A stretch of DNA of 63,919 nt, counting the filler, from Collodictyon triciliatum (lineage: Eukaryota): assembly GCA_043381765.1 (NCBI GenBank). It is 15 parts of 15 records of this genome, joined end to end, with 100 filler letters (N's around TTAATTAATTAA, not from the genome) between each part and the next. Parts side by side here need not be neighbours in the genome. Positions count along the whole stretch, not along the records: positions 51,248 to 55,405 come from JBHJMP010006437.1; positions 55,506 to 59,662 come from JBHJMP010006438.1; positions 59,763 to 63,919 come from JBHJMP010006439.1; 12 more parts are not named here. One strand, given 5' to 3'. Below, one piece after another: positions 51,950 through 63,000 of this stretch. Made by a program: the position numbers and the translations under genes. Position 1 is the first letter of the stretch. Each line of letters begins with the position of its first letter. The notes under the pieces were generated by a model. It saw only the letters and a list, made by a program, of their open reading frames with translations, was not told where the DNA came from and did not search any database.

Positions 51950-53390
51950 TACAGCCGTACTTACCGAAGCATATGTTAATAGCTTATCAAAATAATATCA
52001 AGGAGCATTTTGTAAAGAGGCTACTGCGCTTTATAAATCAAACATTCCATAAGATGGGAATACTACGGAAGCTATTAAAAAGCCAGAGTTACGAAAAAAA
52101 GTTAGAAAATAGCCATCTTCATGAAACTCGAAATATGGGAACAATATAAAAGAATGGACTAGAATGCATTTGCATCGTATAATCTCCAGTGATATTGTAA
52201 ATGGTATCGAATATGACGTCAAAGTTAATCCAAATAAGTGCATTACGTGTCTGATTTACATGAATCGCATTTTTGAGGACATTGGAACCAAACCGTTTCA
52301 ATCAATCCCTATAAGGACTAACAATATACCATGTCATATTACTCTAGATACTGCATGGTTGATAGATCTATTAGTATCATATGGAAATAATTATTACTGA
52401 AGAATATATCAGGATGCAAAGAGACCCTATGGGATGGCTTCTTTGAAATGAAGAAGAGGGTCTTTCATCAAAGAGGCTACAATTTTAAATACATGATACG
52501 AACAGACGGGTTGGCAGTGTCATTATTGTTTGAGAAGAAAGTTATTTCAAATTCAAAATTACAACTTAATAAAAAAAACTCAATATGTTTATGTAGATGA
52601 ACTTTCCGAAGAGCAGTTATCTTTTTTAGCGAAAAAATATAGTTTGGGTGGACGCAGGCAAGTTTAATTTGGTTTACATGGTGGATAAGGCAGGTAAGAA
52701 ATTACGTTACACAGCACACCAAACAAGACATGATAGCAAATCTCTTGAAAATCACAAAATACTCTTGTGAGAGAAAAGAGAAAAGTACAATGCTTCAGGG
52801 ATATACATGACAACAGATTTACAAAGTGCTATTTCTTTTGGTTGCATGACTTTTGAAGAGAATCAGCAGTTTGAGACATCAAGAGTATCTTTAATCGATT
52901 TAGAGACAGAACTGAGTAAACATAATTCATGCGCAATCGATTATGAAAAATTTCGAAAATATGTGTCTATGAAATCAAGATACCAGATAGAATTATCCAC
53001 ATTTTATGAACAAGTAACTTTTTGAAAGATGAGATGGAGACAGTATGTTCATACAAAAAGAAGTGAAGCATTGTTTATGAACTGAATCGAAGAGACATTT
53101 GGCAAGGATGTTGTACTGGCGCATGGAGACTGGAGTAGAAAATCCCCGATGAAACATTTTGTGCCAACAATCGGAAGAGGATTACGAAAAATGCTATCCA
53201 AACGTTTTGAAACAGTTAGTGCAGATGAATTTAGAACCTCCAAGATGTGTTGCAACTGCGAAAAAGAACTGGAATATATGACACTGAAAGGGAGTTCAAA
53301 AAAGTGTGTAGATATCTGATATGTAAAGAATGCAATCGGTCAGAAAGCAAACAAACTGTATTCTTGACAAGGGACTTCAACAGCGCTAAA
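51950..53390 (+). mobile_element. Decayed Fanzor (eukaryotic TnpB-like RNA-guided nuclease, Fanzor1-like)
   Basis: YQNNIKEHFVKRLLRFIN, YDVKVNP..YMN..PFQSIPIRTNNIP.HITLDT, MIRTDGLAVSLLF, RuvC-I VWVDAGK (D at 52651), GDWSRKSPMKHFVPTIGRGLRKML, RuvC-II DEFRTSK (E at 53227), CCNC...CKEC zinc finger, RuvC-III RDFNSA (D at 53373). Frameshifts and in-frame TGA stops. Confidence 0.9.
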
Positions 53391-53404
53391 AAAAAAAAAA
53401 AATA

Positions 53405-53475
53405 ACAGGCTGTTGGGTCTTTCTTGGCAGCCTTCACCACTTCACAATCTTTGTGAAAAAAGTGGTGAGACCTTG
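53405..53475 (+). ncRNA. Candidate Fanzor omegaRNA scaffold / element right end
   Basis: Hairpin 53408-53432 (GGCUGUUGGG/CUUGGCAGCC), hairpin 53434-53468 (UCACCAC-UUCACAA/UUGUGAA-GUGGUGA) and complementarity GGUCU 53416-20 to AGACC 53468-72, directly 3' of the Fanzor ORF. Confidence 0.45.
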
Positions 53476-53702
53476 GATACTAGCGCACCAGGTTAACCAA
53501 TCGAAAGATGATATGCCCCTTCTAGCAAAACATAAATGATTGATATGAATGCTCAATTTTATTGATAATAACTAACAATACAAGAATCTCATGCAAATAA
53601 GAGGTGATTCGTGGAATCAAACCCTCTTCCTTTTCTTGAATCGAATAAAGGGAAAAAAGGAATGGCTCATGGACGAGATAATGGAACCCCCTTCCTCGCC
53701 CC

Positions 53703-55130
53703 AGATTGTGTGGTTGGAGTTTTTGTTTTTTTAGGAGGAAAAAGAAGAAAAAGAGAATAGAAAGGAGAGAAAGTGTTCTCATAGGCAGACTATTCTACCC
53801 GAGGTGATTGAGCTCCAACGCGATTTCTGGTTGTATTCGAGACTGACAGAAGAGCAAATAAAGTTTTCAGGTCGATGAAAGTACGCACATGGCAGTTACT
53901 TCTCAAATCGATTCTGACGAGTCCTTTCAGCCACCTATCTCAGACAAGGTTTACATCCTATTTCATTCCACAGGATGAGCCTTTTGAAGGGACAACGGGT
54001 CACTTTCCTTGCGTTTCTTGCTGGGCGACTCTGACAAAAAGCGATACATCGTTGTTTGTCTGGTATTATTGGAAGTGGCGCTTGACCGTCCCCTGGTTTC
54101 GGAACCATGCGTAGCCGGCAGTGTACTTTGCTTAACCGGAGTATGGCTACGCGTTTGTGGTTTTAGAAACATACGCTCCTGCTTGCTCGGACTGTCTTTG
54201 GTGTGTGAAGTTCCAAGCTCGGATTCTACTTGTGGTGTTTGCTCTTGGTCTTGCTTCTCGGTGCGACGGGTGGGGCAGGGTAAACGGACTATATTTAGTG
54301 GGCGCTGGTTCTTGTGTTGCCTTCCCTTTAGAGTATCTTTTCGGATAAGTAACGAAGACTGCCTTGATGCCTCCTTTGTTATCCATATTCACGTCAGTCT
54401 GAATGGGTAGTTTAAGGGGGGATTTCTTTCGGGGTTTGGAGATGCGCTGCTCTTGGGTCTTGCGATGTGCGGGCTTGTCGGGTGTTGGCGGTGGAGGGCT
54501 TGAGTGCGAGGATTCTGAAGAGGAACCGAGATTTCCTTCCATGTCATCGTCGCTGTCGCTGTATGCACATATCTGCTGTGAGTCTTATAGACTGGTGTTG
54601 CCTGGCCTTGGCTTCCTTGGCCCCGTTGCTGCTTGTCTGCTTGGCAAGTGTACTCTTTTGCGGTGCTTTTGCTTGTCGTTCGTTATTTGCAACTGGTGGA
54701 TACTCTTTGAGGATGCGCTTTGGACACTTTTTGCCCATGACCGTAAACTTTGCAGGGAGCCGGTTCTTGTGACAAAGAAGCTTCACCACGGCCGTGTCTG
54801 TGAAGAAGCCTTTGTCCTTTTTGATCTCCGCATGGGTCGGTCTGAACGGCTTCAGCTCCTCATGAAGGAGTTGCGGCCACACGTCCAGCGGTAGTTGGTA
54901 GAGCATTACCGAGGTCTCTGTTGGTTTACTTCTGCTGAAGCTGCTTATAATTTCGCTCAAACTTACCTGCTTCTGTTGCAGAAGCTTTCGGGCGTTATCT
55001 GCAGTGCGGAAGGCAATCAGGCAAAGGCCTTCGCTGTCCGGTAAGCGCAATTGGATGGACTCTTCCCAAAGTTTGTTCGCATTCAAGAAGGAGGCGAGCG
55101 CATCGGTGAGCCTGCGGGCCTTGTTCTTGT
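53703..55130 (-). mobile_element. LINE ORF1-like element (RRM-like N-part, low-complexity tail); repeat family copy 1
   Basis: LCLIAFRTADNARKLL...SVMLYQLPLDVWPQLLHEELKPF...GFFTDTAVVKL..LPAKFTVMG resembles L1/Tx1 ORF1. No introns, frameshifted. 3' part is repeated at 55507-55968. Confidence 0.55.
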
Positions 55131-55316
55131 TTCACTTTCATCCGATGTCGCGTCAAAAACTGTAAAACTTCCCTCTTATGCCGAATCCTTCTCTTTTTCG
55201 CCTAATTTGGAGACTCCACAATTGTGATTTTCCTCATTAGGAATCTTATCGGTATATTTATTATCATAAATTATATACCATACTATTCTAGCTTAGGCAA
55301 CAATGTTTTTATGGGT

Positions 55317-55405
55317 TGTTTTATGGGTTGTTTTATGGGTTGTTTTATGGGTTGTTTTATGGGTTGTTTTATGGGTTGTTTTATGGGTTGTTTTATGGGT
55401 TGTTT
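55317..55405. repeat. (TTTTATGGGTTG)n 12-mer tandem repeat at contig end
   Basis: Seen directly, about seven units. Confidence 0.9.
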
Positions 55406-55506
55406 NNNNNNNNNNNNNNNNNNNNNNNNNNNNNNNNNNNNNNNNNNNNTTAATTAATTAANNNNNNNNNNNNNNNNNNNNNNNNNNNNNNNNNNNNNNN
55501 NNNNNA

Positions 55507-55968
55507 ATCGACAAACGCGTATCCATACTCCGGTTAAGCAAAGTCCACTGCCGGCTACGCATGGTCCCGATGCCAGGGGACGGTCAAGCGCCACTTCCGA
55601 TAATACCAGAAAAACAACGACGTATCGCTTTTTGTCAGAGTCGCCCAGCATAAAACGCAAGGAAAGTGACCCGTTGTGTCCTCAAAAGACTCATCCCGTG
55701 GAATGAAATAGGATGTAAACCTTGTCTGAGATAGACAGCTGAAAGGACTCGTCGGAATCGATTTGAGAAGTAACTGCCATGTGCGTACTTTCATCGACCC
55801 GACAACTTTATCCGCTCTTCTGTCAGTCTCGAACACAACCGAAAATCGCGTCGGAGCTGATTCACCTCGGGTAGAATAGACTGTGTGTGGGAACACTTTC
55901 TCTCCTTTCCCTCCTTTCTATTTTCTTTTCTTCTTTCACCCAAAACACAAAATCTCCAACCACACAAT
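55507..55968 (+). repeat. Interspersed repeat, diverged copy of 53703-54165 in opposite orientation
   Basis: Aligns by eye to the reverse complement of copy 1 (both translate to ..HTPVKQS.LPATHG..RGRSSATS.NTR..YRFLSESPS.KRKESDPL..QK.HPVE*). Homology ends at CCAACCACACAATC in both. Confidence 0.88.
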
Positions 55969-56955
55969 CCAGGGTTTTCCACTTTCTCATACACAGCTCA
56001 TTTTTTGTCCTAGAGGCGAACGCTCGTCTTTGTTTTCTCTCAATAAACTGTTGAAAAGAAACCAAAAAACTAGGGGAAAGATTATTATTGGGACAAAATC
56101 ATCACTTAATAAAATGATGCAGAGTCGGGACTACATATTTACCCTGGTACTCCATCACTACGATTATATAGCAACGAAAGATAATGCTTCCAATATCGAT
56201 TGAAAATAGTCAAGTCATATATAACATGCAATCAATTATGTCATCATATGTCTCTCAAAGCTCTTACTAAAGATTTTTTTTTGTATATAATATATCAATC
56301 CCATAAAAAAGACTAATTTATCGATTAAATAATTTGAAACATAAGTATAACATTATATTTAGCCATCATGTGAGATGTGTCTATTTTTATTCCATTTTTG
56401 CAGTTGCTATCATCCAGAATGTTCCGAACTCAAGAACTGGGTTCAATATTTTGTATTAGTGTATGATTTCTTTCTGCACCCGTTTTTGTCTAACGGATCA
56501 AACATAACAATATAAAACCCCTTCATTACATCAATAATTCACAGGATACACGATTATTTCACTGATGTAGTCCAGCCTACACTCACATCTGAGTTTGTAC
56601 CACGATGTTATCACAAAAAAAAGAGCTTAAACCAGAAATCGCAAACCAAAATTCCACTCTCTAAGCCCTTTGATGACGTGCAGTCCTTCTAGAGAGTATA
56701 TCCACCACCGTCAAATTGCGAATCATTCACGATGCTCAATAATCATATTAAACAAAATAAAACATATACCTTTTCTTTTTAACAGTAAAGAATTAACATT
56801 TTATAATACAATATAATAAAAGCCTTCAATATTATTCGAAATTTATCTGCTAAAGAGTATATATATCTTTCTATGATATACGATGCGATTATTTTATGAA
56901 AAATAACTAAAAGTGAAATAAATGCGCAGTGCAGAATTATGTCAGGCAACGTCCT

Positions 56956-56957
<2 letters not shown>

Positions 56958-56987
<30 letters not shown>

Positions 56988-57706
56988 CATACATACATAC
57001 ATACATACATACATACATACATACATACATACATACATACATACATACATACATACATACATACATACATACATACATACATACATACATACATACATAC
57101 ATACATACATACATACATACATACATACATACATACATACATACATACATACATACATACATACATACATACATACATACATACATACATACATACATAC
57201 ATACATACATACATACATACATACATACATACATACATACATACATACATACATACATACATACATACATACATACATACATACATACATACATACATAC
57301 ATACATACATACATACATACATACATACATACATACATACATACATACATACATACATACATACATACATACATACATACATACATACATACATACATAC
57401 ATACATACATACATACATACATACATACATACATACATACATACATACATACATACATACATACATACATACATACATACATACATACATACATACATAC
57501 ATACATACATACATACATACATACATACATACATACATACATACATACATACATACATACATACATACATACATACATACATACATACATACATACATAC
57601 ATACATACATACATACATACATACATACATACATACATACATACATACATACATACATACATACATACATACATACATACATACATACATACATACATAC
57701 ATACAT

Positions 57707-57774
<68 letters not shown>
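56958..57774. repeat. Long (TACA)n microsatellite followed by (CA)n
   Basis: Perfect repeat of about 770 bp plus about 50 bp of (CA)n; source of the spurious YIHT/MYVC ORFs. Confidence 0.98.
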
Positions 57775-57779
<5 letters not shown>

Positions 57780-57896
57780 ACTCCCTCCATCACCCAGCTT
57801 TACCACCCATCATTTTAATTTCTCGACCCAACAAAACAATAACAAACAAACAAACAAACAAACGAACAAAACCTCCTCAGAGTCGAAAGAGGACGA

Positions 57897-58693
57897 ATGG
57901 CGGACTTCCAGCTGGAGCGAATCAAGCGAATCGGAGGGAAATGAAGCCCGGCGGAATCACCCATCAGTGAATGCACGGGTCTGCAGCTGACGGAAGGGAG
58001 CGCAGTGACATACGCCCCAAACGGCGTCTCGATGCTGCTGCGACTCGAGTCCCTGGGGCTGAACGGGAATGCCATTACGTCCATCCCGGAGTGGATCTCG
58101 CTCCTGACGCGCGTGACCAAGCTAGTCTTTGACTCGAATCTGATCAGCAACCTTTCCCGACGAGATCTCGACCCTGACCCAGCTGGGGGACTTGCAGGTC
58201 CACAAAAATCAGATCAGGGCCGTCCCCATCGGCCTGTCCCGCCTGACGCGCCTCACTCTCCTGCGCCTTGATGCAAACATGATCCCAGCAATCCCCGATG
58301 GCATATCCTGCTTGACAAGCCTGGCCTATCTCCGCCTCGACTCAAACAGGGTCTCCTCCATCCCTGATGGGGTCTCTTGCTTACTCAACCTGGAGACATT
58401 CAACATCATGGGTAACCCGGTATGGACTCTTTTCTTCTTGAATATACTGCTCTCTTCAAACATGAACTATGCATAAACTATTTCGCCTCTTATCTCAGAT
58501 TGCAGAGTTACCCAGGGGCATGTCGCTTCTCACAAAGCTCAGCAAGTTCTATGTCATGGATAATACTGGCACGATCTATGCCAAGAGGGCTCCCGGGGGA
58601 ATTACCAATCTGCTCTGCTGGAGCTGCAACGAGGGCGATTACGGTGGATCGACCGTGGCCAGTTCTCTCAGAGGCTTGTCCCTTTATGACTAG
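57897..58693 (+). pseudogene. LRR-only gene with an in-frame TGA and a 1-nt frameshift
   Basis: MADFQLERIKRIGGK*SPAESPISECTGLQL (TGA 57942-44). Extra T near 58155 between DSNLISNL and PDEISTLTQLGDLQVHKNQ. About six LRRs; intron after GNP. Confidence 0.75.
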
Positions 58694-60039
58694 GTTTCAA
58701 ATTAATTCCTTTTTTAATCTTTAATAATCAAATTGCGTTTATAAAAGAAATAAATTAGATTGTTGGCATGGGCGCCAACAGCTAAGTCTGCCGTGAATAA
58801 AAAAAAAAATAAAAGAAATGAATTAAGTAACAAACGTCAGATCATCGATCTCCTCTTTTGAAACCAGACGCTGCTCGTGATACCCCCAAGATGCAACTTA
58901 CTGTGTCAAAGTCTAGTTTAATAAAATCACGTTAATTCATCTATCTTTTACAACAACTTGAGATATCTGAAAGCACCTGATGTCCTCCCCAAGAAAACTA
59001 CTTCTTGCTTTTTAATACCTTTCTTTCTCGGGTTGGTTGTTGTATTTCAATCTTTTGCGCCAGGCCTTATCCCCTTGCGTAAAAAAAAAACTTAACAATT
59101 ATATTCCACTTTTAGACTTCTTTAGATAGAAGTCATTGTTAAAAACTAACGGAATCGTGTACTATCATACATACACACCGTCCAACAACATAATTTGAAG
59201 ACTCTTTGTCTAGAGTCGTAGATTATTATTATATTCATTAGGTTCATAGATTATATCAATATTTGGCCCGACAGATATACCATAGAATCTTTTTAGTTGA
59301 GGTTAGAGTCATAAATTTATATTTTCCAAGATTGAAATATCTTTTTCTGGAATATACTCGACTCATTTCATCCTCGAACCAGATTATTCTCGCGCTGACG
59401 GATGCATTGCGGGATGATGTGTCAAAAGTGCGGCGAGGTATGCCGGGACTAGTGTGCATGGGTGTCGAGGATCGGTGCTGGTCGCAAATTATTGGGGTGG
59501 AGGAGGGGGGAGCGTTTCATACTTTCTTTATTCCACTATTTCATTTGTTCTTCAACTAGTGCCATGGGAAGTGAATCGCAGACGTAAAGAAGAAAAAAGA
59601 AAAAAGAAAAAAGAAAAAAGAAAAAAGAAAAAAGAAAAAAGAAAAAAGAAAAAAGAAAAAAGNNNNNNNNNNNNNNNNNNNNNNNNNNNNNNNNNNNNNN
59701 NNNNNNTTAATTAATTAANNNNNNNNNNNNNNNNNNNNNNNNNNNNNNNNNNNNNNNNNNNNGAAGAAAAAAGAAGAAAAAAGAAGAAAAAAGAAGAAAA
59801 AAGAAGAAAAAAGAAGAAAAAAGAAGAAAAAAGAAGAAAAAAGAAGAAAAAGAAGAAAAAAGAAAAAAGAAAAGAAAAAAGAAGAAAAATTAGAGAAATG
59901 GAAAGCGACATATAATCGATTCATGTTTCCTAGTGGCAGGTAACATGGTATAGTGGAGTTGTATATGTGGGATGCTATGCGATGATATTGTCGGTGAATT
60001 TGAGTTTTGTGCATAGATGTGAACATACATCTGAAAGCA

Positions 60040-63000
60040 GAGTGTGCATTATGCTGCCTGGAAACCGAGAGCGCAGCCTAAAAGCAATCATAGACTCTAC
60101 GGCACCCCCTCCGGCGATTGTGTTCTGTTTGAATTTCGCAAAACATGATTTCTCTTAAGTCCACGTAAAGAATTTGCTCTTTCATACAATTATGTAATAC
60201 TCGGGGTTAATTAAAATCAAAAGAATAGAAGACATATGAAATAAAAATGATATATATATATATATGAATGTCAAGAGACACTCACCTTCTCTGTCATGAT
60301 TCTTACACAAACACACACCGCATCGATAAGCGACCTTCTGATTTCAGCCAGGATTGTTGCCGACGGAGCTCGAAGTATGACGGACTTTGAGTTTTCATTG
60401 CATTTCTGTCAATTGAATTTGTTGTTTATAATTTAATATATCTATTTCATTTCTGAAAATAAGTCATGCAAAATACACTCATTTGACAGCAAATAGATTC
60501 TATGTATGTCAGTCAGTAATTCCAGCACAACCACAGTGGTACTTCTTACATTCATATCTCATGCAATCATTCACTAACTAAAATATGAGAAGAAAAAGAA
60601 GAGAAAAAGAAGAGAAAAAGAAGAGAAAAAGAAGAGAAAAAGAAGAGAAAAAGAAGAGAAGAGAAAAAGAAGAGAAAAAGAAGAGAAAAATGAAGAAAAA
60701 TGAAGAAAAATGAAGAAAAAGATGAGAAAAAGATGAGAAAAAGATGAGAAAAAGAAGAGAAAAATAAAGAGATAAACATGAGAAAACCCCCTTCCAACAT
60801 AAAACGTACAAATGCGAAACTTGCTTGGGATAATACCTTGAAGTTGAATAAAATCGTTTCTTGGATTTGAAAACTAGCAAAATCTGAGAGAAGGGTGGGT
60901 TTTACATGAGTATTATATTCTGAACTACCAGTTGGCATAACCACACTACACTTTGAATCCAATAAAGGGAAAAAAATTGTTTTAACCACCAATTTGTCTT
61001 ATATAATATGAAATAAATGGGTTGGAGAAACATGCGTGCAAATGATGAAACAGACAAAAAAAAATCATGTTTATAAACGTGAAAATTATTATGAAAACGA
61101 AATGAAATATGATAAAAAATGATGATATTCTTTCATTACACTCAAACAGGACAGGGATATCCATATGCGGGTTTTCTAAGTCTGCCGGTTCATGAAATTC
61201 GGGGAGTTTGAAATGATGGCGCCAGTTCTGATGAAACAGAGTCATAGTTTTATATAATCCAATTGAAATTCATAAACAGGTTTATTTTCTAAACTTCTGT
61301 ATTATTATCTCCAATTTTTTTTGAGAAATCTTCTCCGAAAAATGATTCTGAAAAAAAAAACCTCGTTATATTCGATCAACGGATAAATGATGACAGATAT
61401 TCCAGCTTTCTTAAACAAATCCATCGCATACTGAGGGAAATACAATGATTTACTAGCTTTTGATACATCGTGCGCAACAATAACAAGATGGATGCCGAGT
61501 CTCTTTATGGACAAAACTCTCTGCATGTTTAAAAGACTTTAAATGGCCGAATCAAAGCAATAAAAAGAAAAAAAAGGCCAAAATTTACTATCTTATATTG
61601 TATTCTCAATTCCCTGGAGTATCATACTGATTTAATCCATGCTTCCTCTTCTCGAATCAGTCGGTCCAAGGACAAATTTGAAGGAACAGCAACCACTTTC
61701 TTTTGATAAACTGTCTGAAAGGGAAGTTACTATAAGAAAATGACGCATACTGCCGTCGATGATGAATACCATTGATTATCTTGGTTGTTACCCTATCCAG
61801 AGGAAACTTCAAAACGACTATTTTTGGTGAAGTAATGGAGACCATACTGGAGCAGACAATCCTCAGAATTTGCTTCCTTTCTTTTTCCTGGGAGTTTGTA
61901 TGATTTTTTGAGAAAAGAAAAAGTATTACTGGATATAAATTGCATTTGCATTGACATGTAGCAACCTGCTTTGAAAAGAAGTGAAAATCGGCTCTTGGGT
62001 CATTAAAAAGTAATCCATCGACCAGTAGAGATGATTCAGGCGAATCACCAGTTATGAGAATAATTGGTAGTCGTTCGCGATTATTCAAAATGATATCGAT
62101 TTTTTTCAAAGTTGGAGATGCGCCTTTTTCGTCCTTAATTTCATCGTATTCCAATAAAGATTTAGCAAATTCCAGCGAGAGACTATACCATACCAGATGA
62201 TAGAATATTTAGCTTTGTGGTATTTACTGAGTAAGAATATAAATGTAGATTTGTTTCAGTCATTCCTTCACAGTATTGATATTGAATGCGTGATCAACAT
62301 ATAATGAGCTCACTCAATCAATCCGGGAACGAACTGAGACGCTAGTTTTGATGATAACGTAGTTTTGCATACCTATTTTTTTTTTTTAAAAAATCTATTA
62401 TTTATACAATATCTCCGAACATATGACCTTGCTTTTATTTTATTTTGAAGAACCATTTTATTATTCATTATTCTTTTGAATAAATTTCACGACGCGATAT
62501 GTAGCATAGCTCGAATGTAAAGCAGTTGAATGATTGAATCATATAATAAAATATATTACGTTTTTTGATATTTCATCCATTTCACATACAGATTGATATT
62601 CATTTGAGTATTCCTATGAAAGGTTTGATCGAATTAGAGATAATTTCCTATACCGCCCACCAATTTTAGATGGAAAAATAGTAAAACCAGTATTGTTAAC
62701 ATTCAGAACCGTTCAATTCACCTTCATCCATTGTTTCATCATTTGAGCAGAAGAGGATAGACACTCAGTTATATGATTTATGTGTAGTCCTGAGTCCAAA
62801 GCTGCTTGGACGGCCTGTAGTCTATCGAAATTTAAACTTTGAAGTTCGTGATACTAAAAAGTATAGGACGGTTCATAGTCCACATCCTGTTTGCGAATTA
62901 TTTGTGCTTTGGTAAAATTTATGCCTACATAGAACTGGCCAGAATAATCACCGAGGTGGTTCCTTTTGGGCGATTTATTTAAAGATTTAATACATGCATA

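Noticed and set aside
53875-54114. ORF MKVRTWQLLLKS.. conserved in two places as a real small gene
   Set aside because: It is the antisense reading of a repeated element; nucleotide-level repeat identity explains the similarity.
52768-57944. Reassigned stop codon (TGA read as sense)
   Set aside because: In-frame TGAs occur only in elements that also carry frameshifts. Conserved genes use TGG for Trp and CAA/CAG for Gln, have no internal stops and end in TAA/TAG.
56779-57990. Long ORFs (YIHT/MYVC repeats) in all six frames
   Set aside because: Translation of a stop-free (TACA)n microsatellite. The same applies to the poly-F/K/I/H ORFs near other contig ends.
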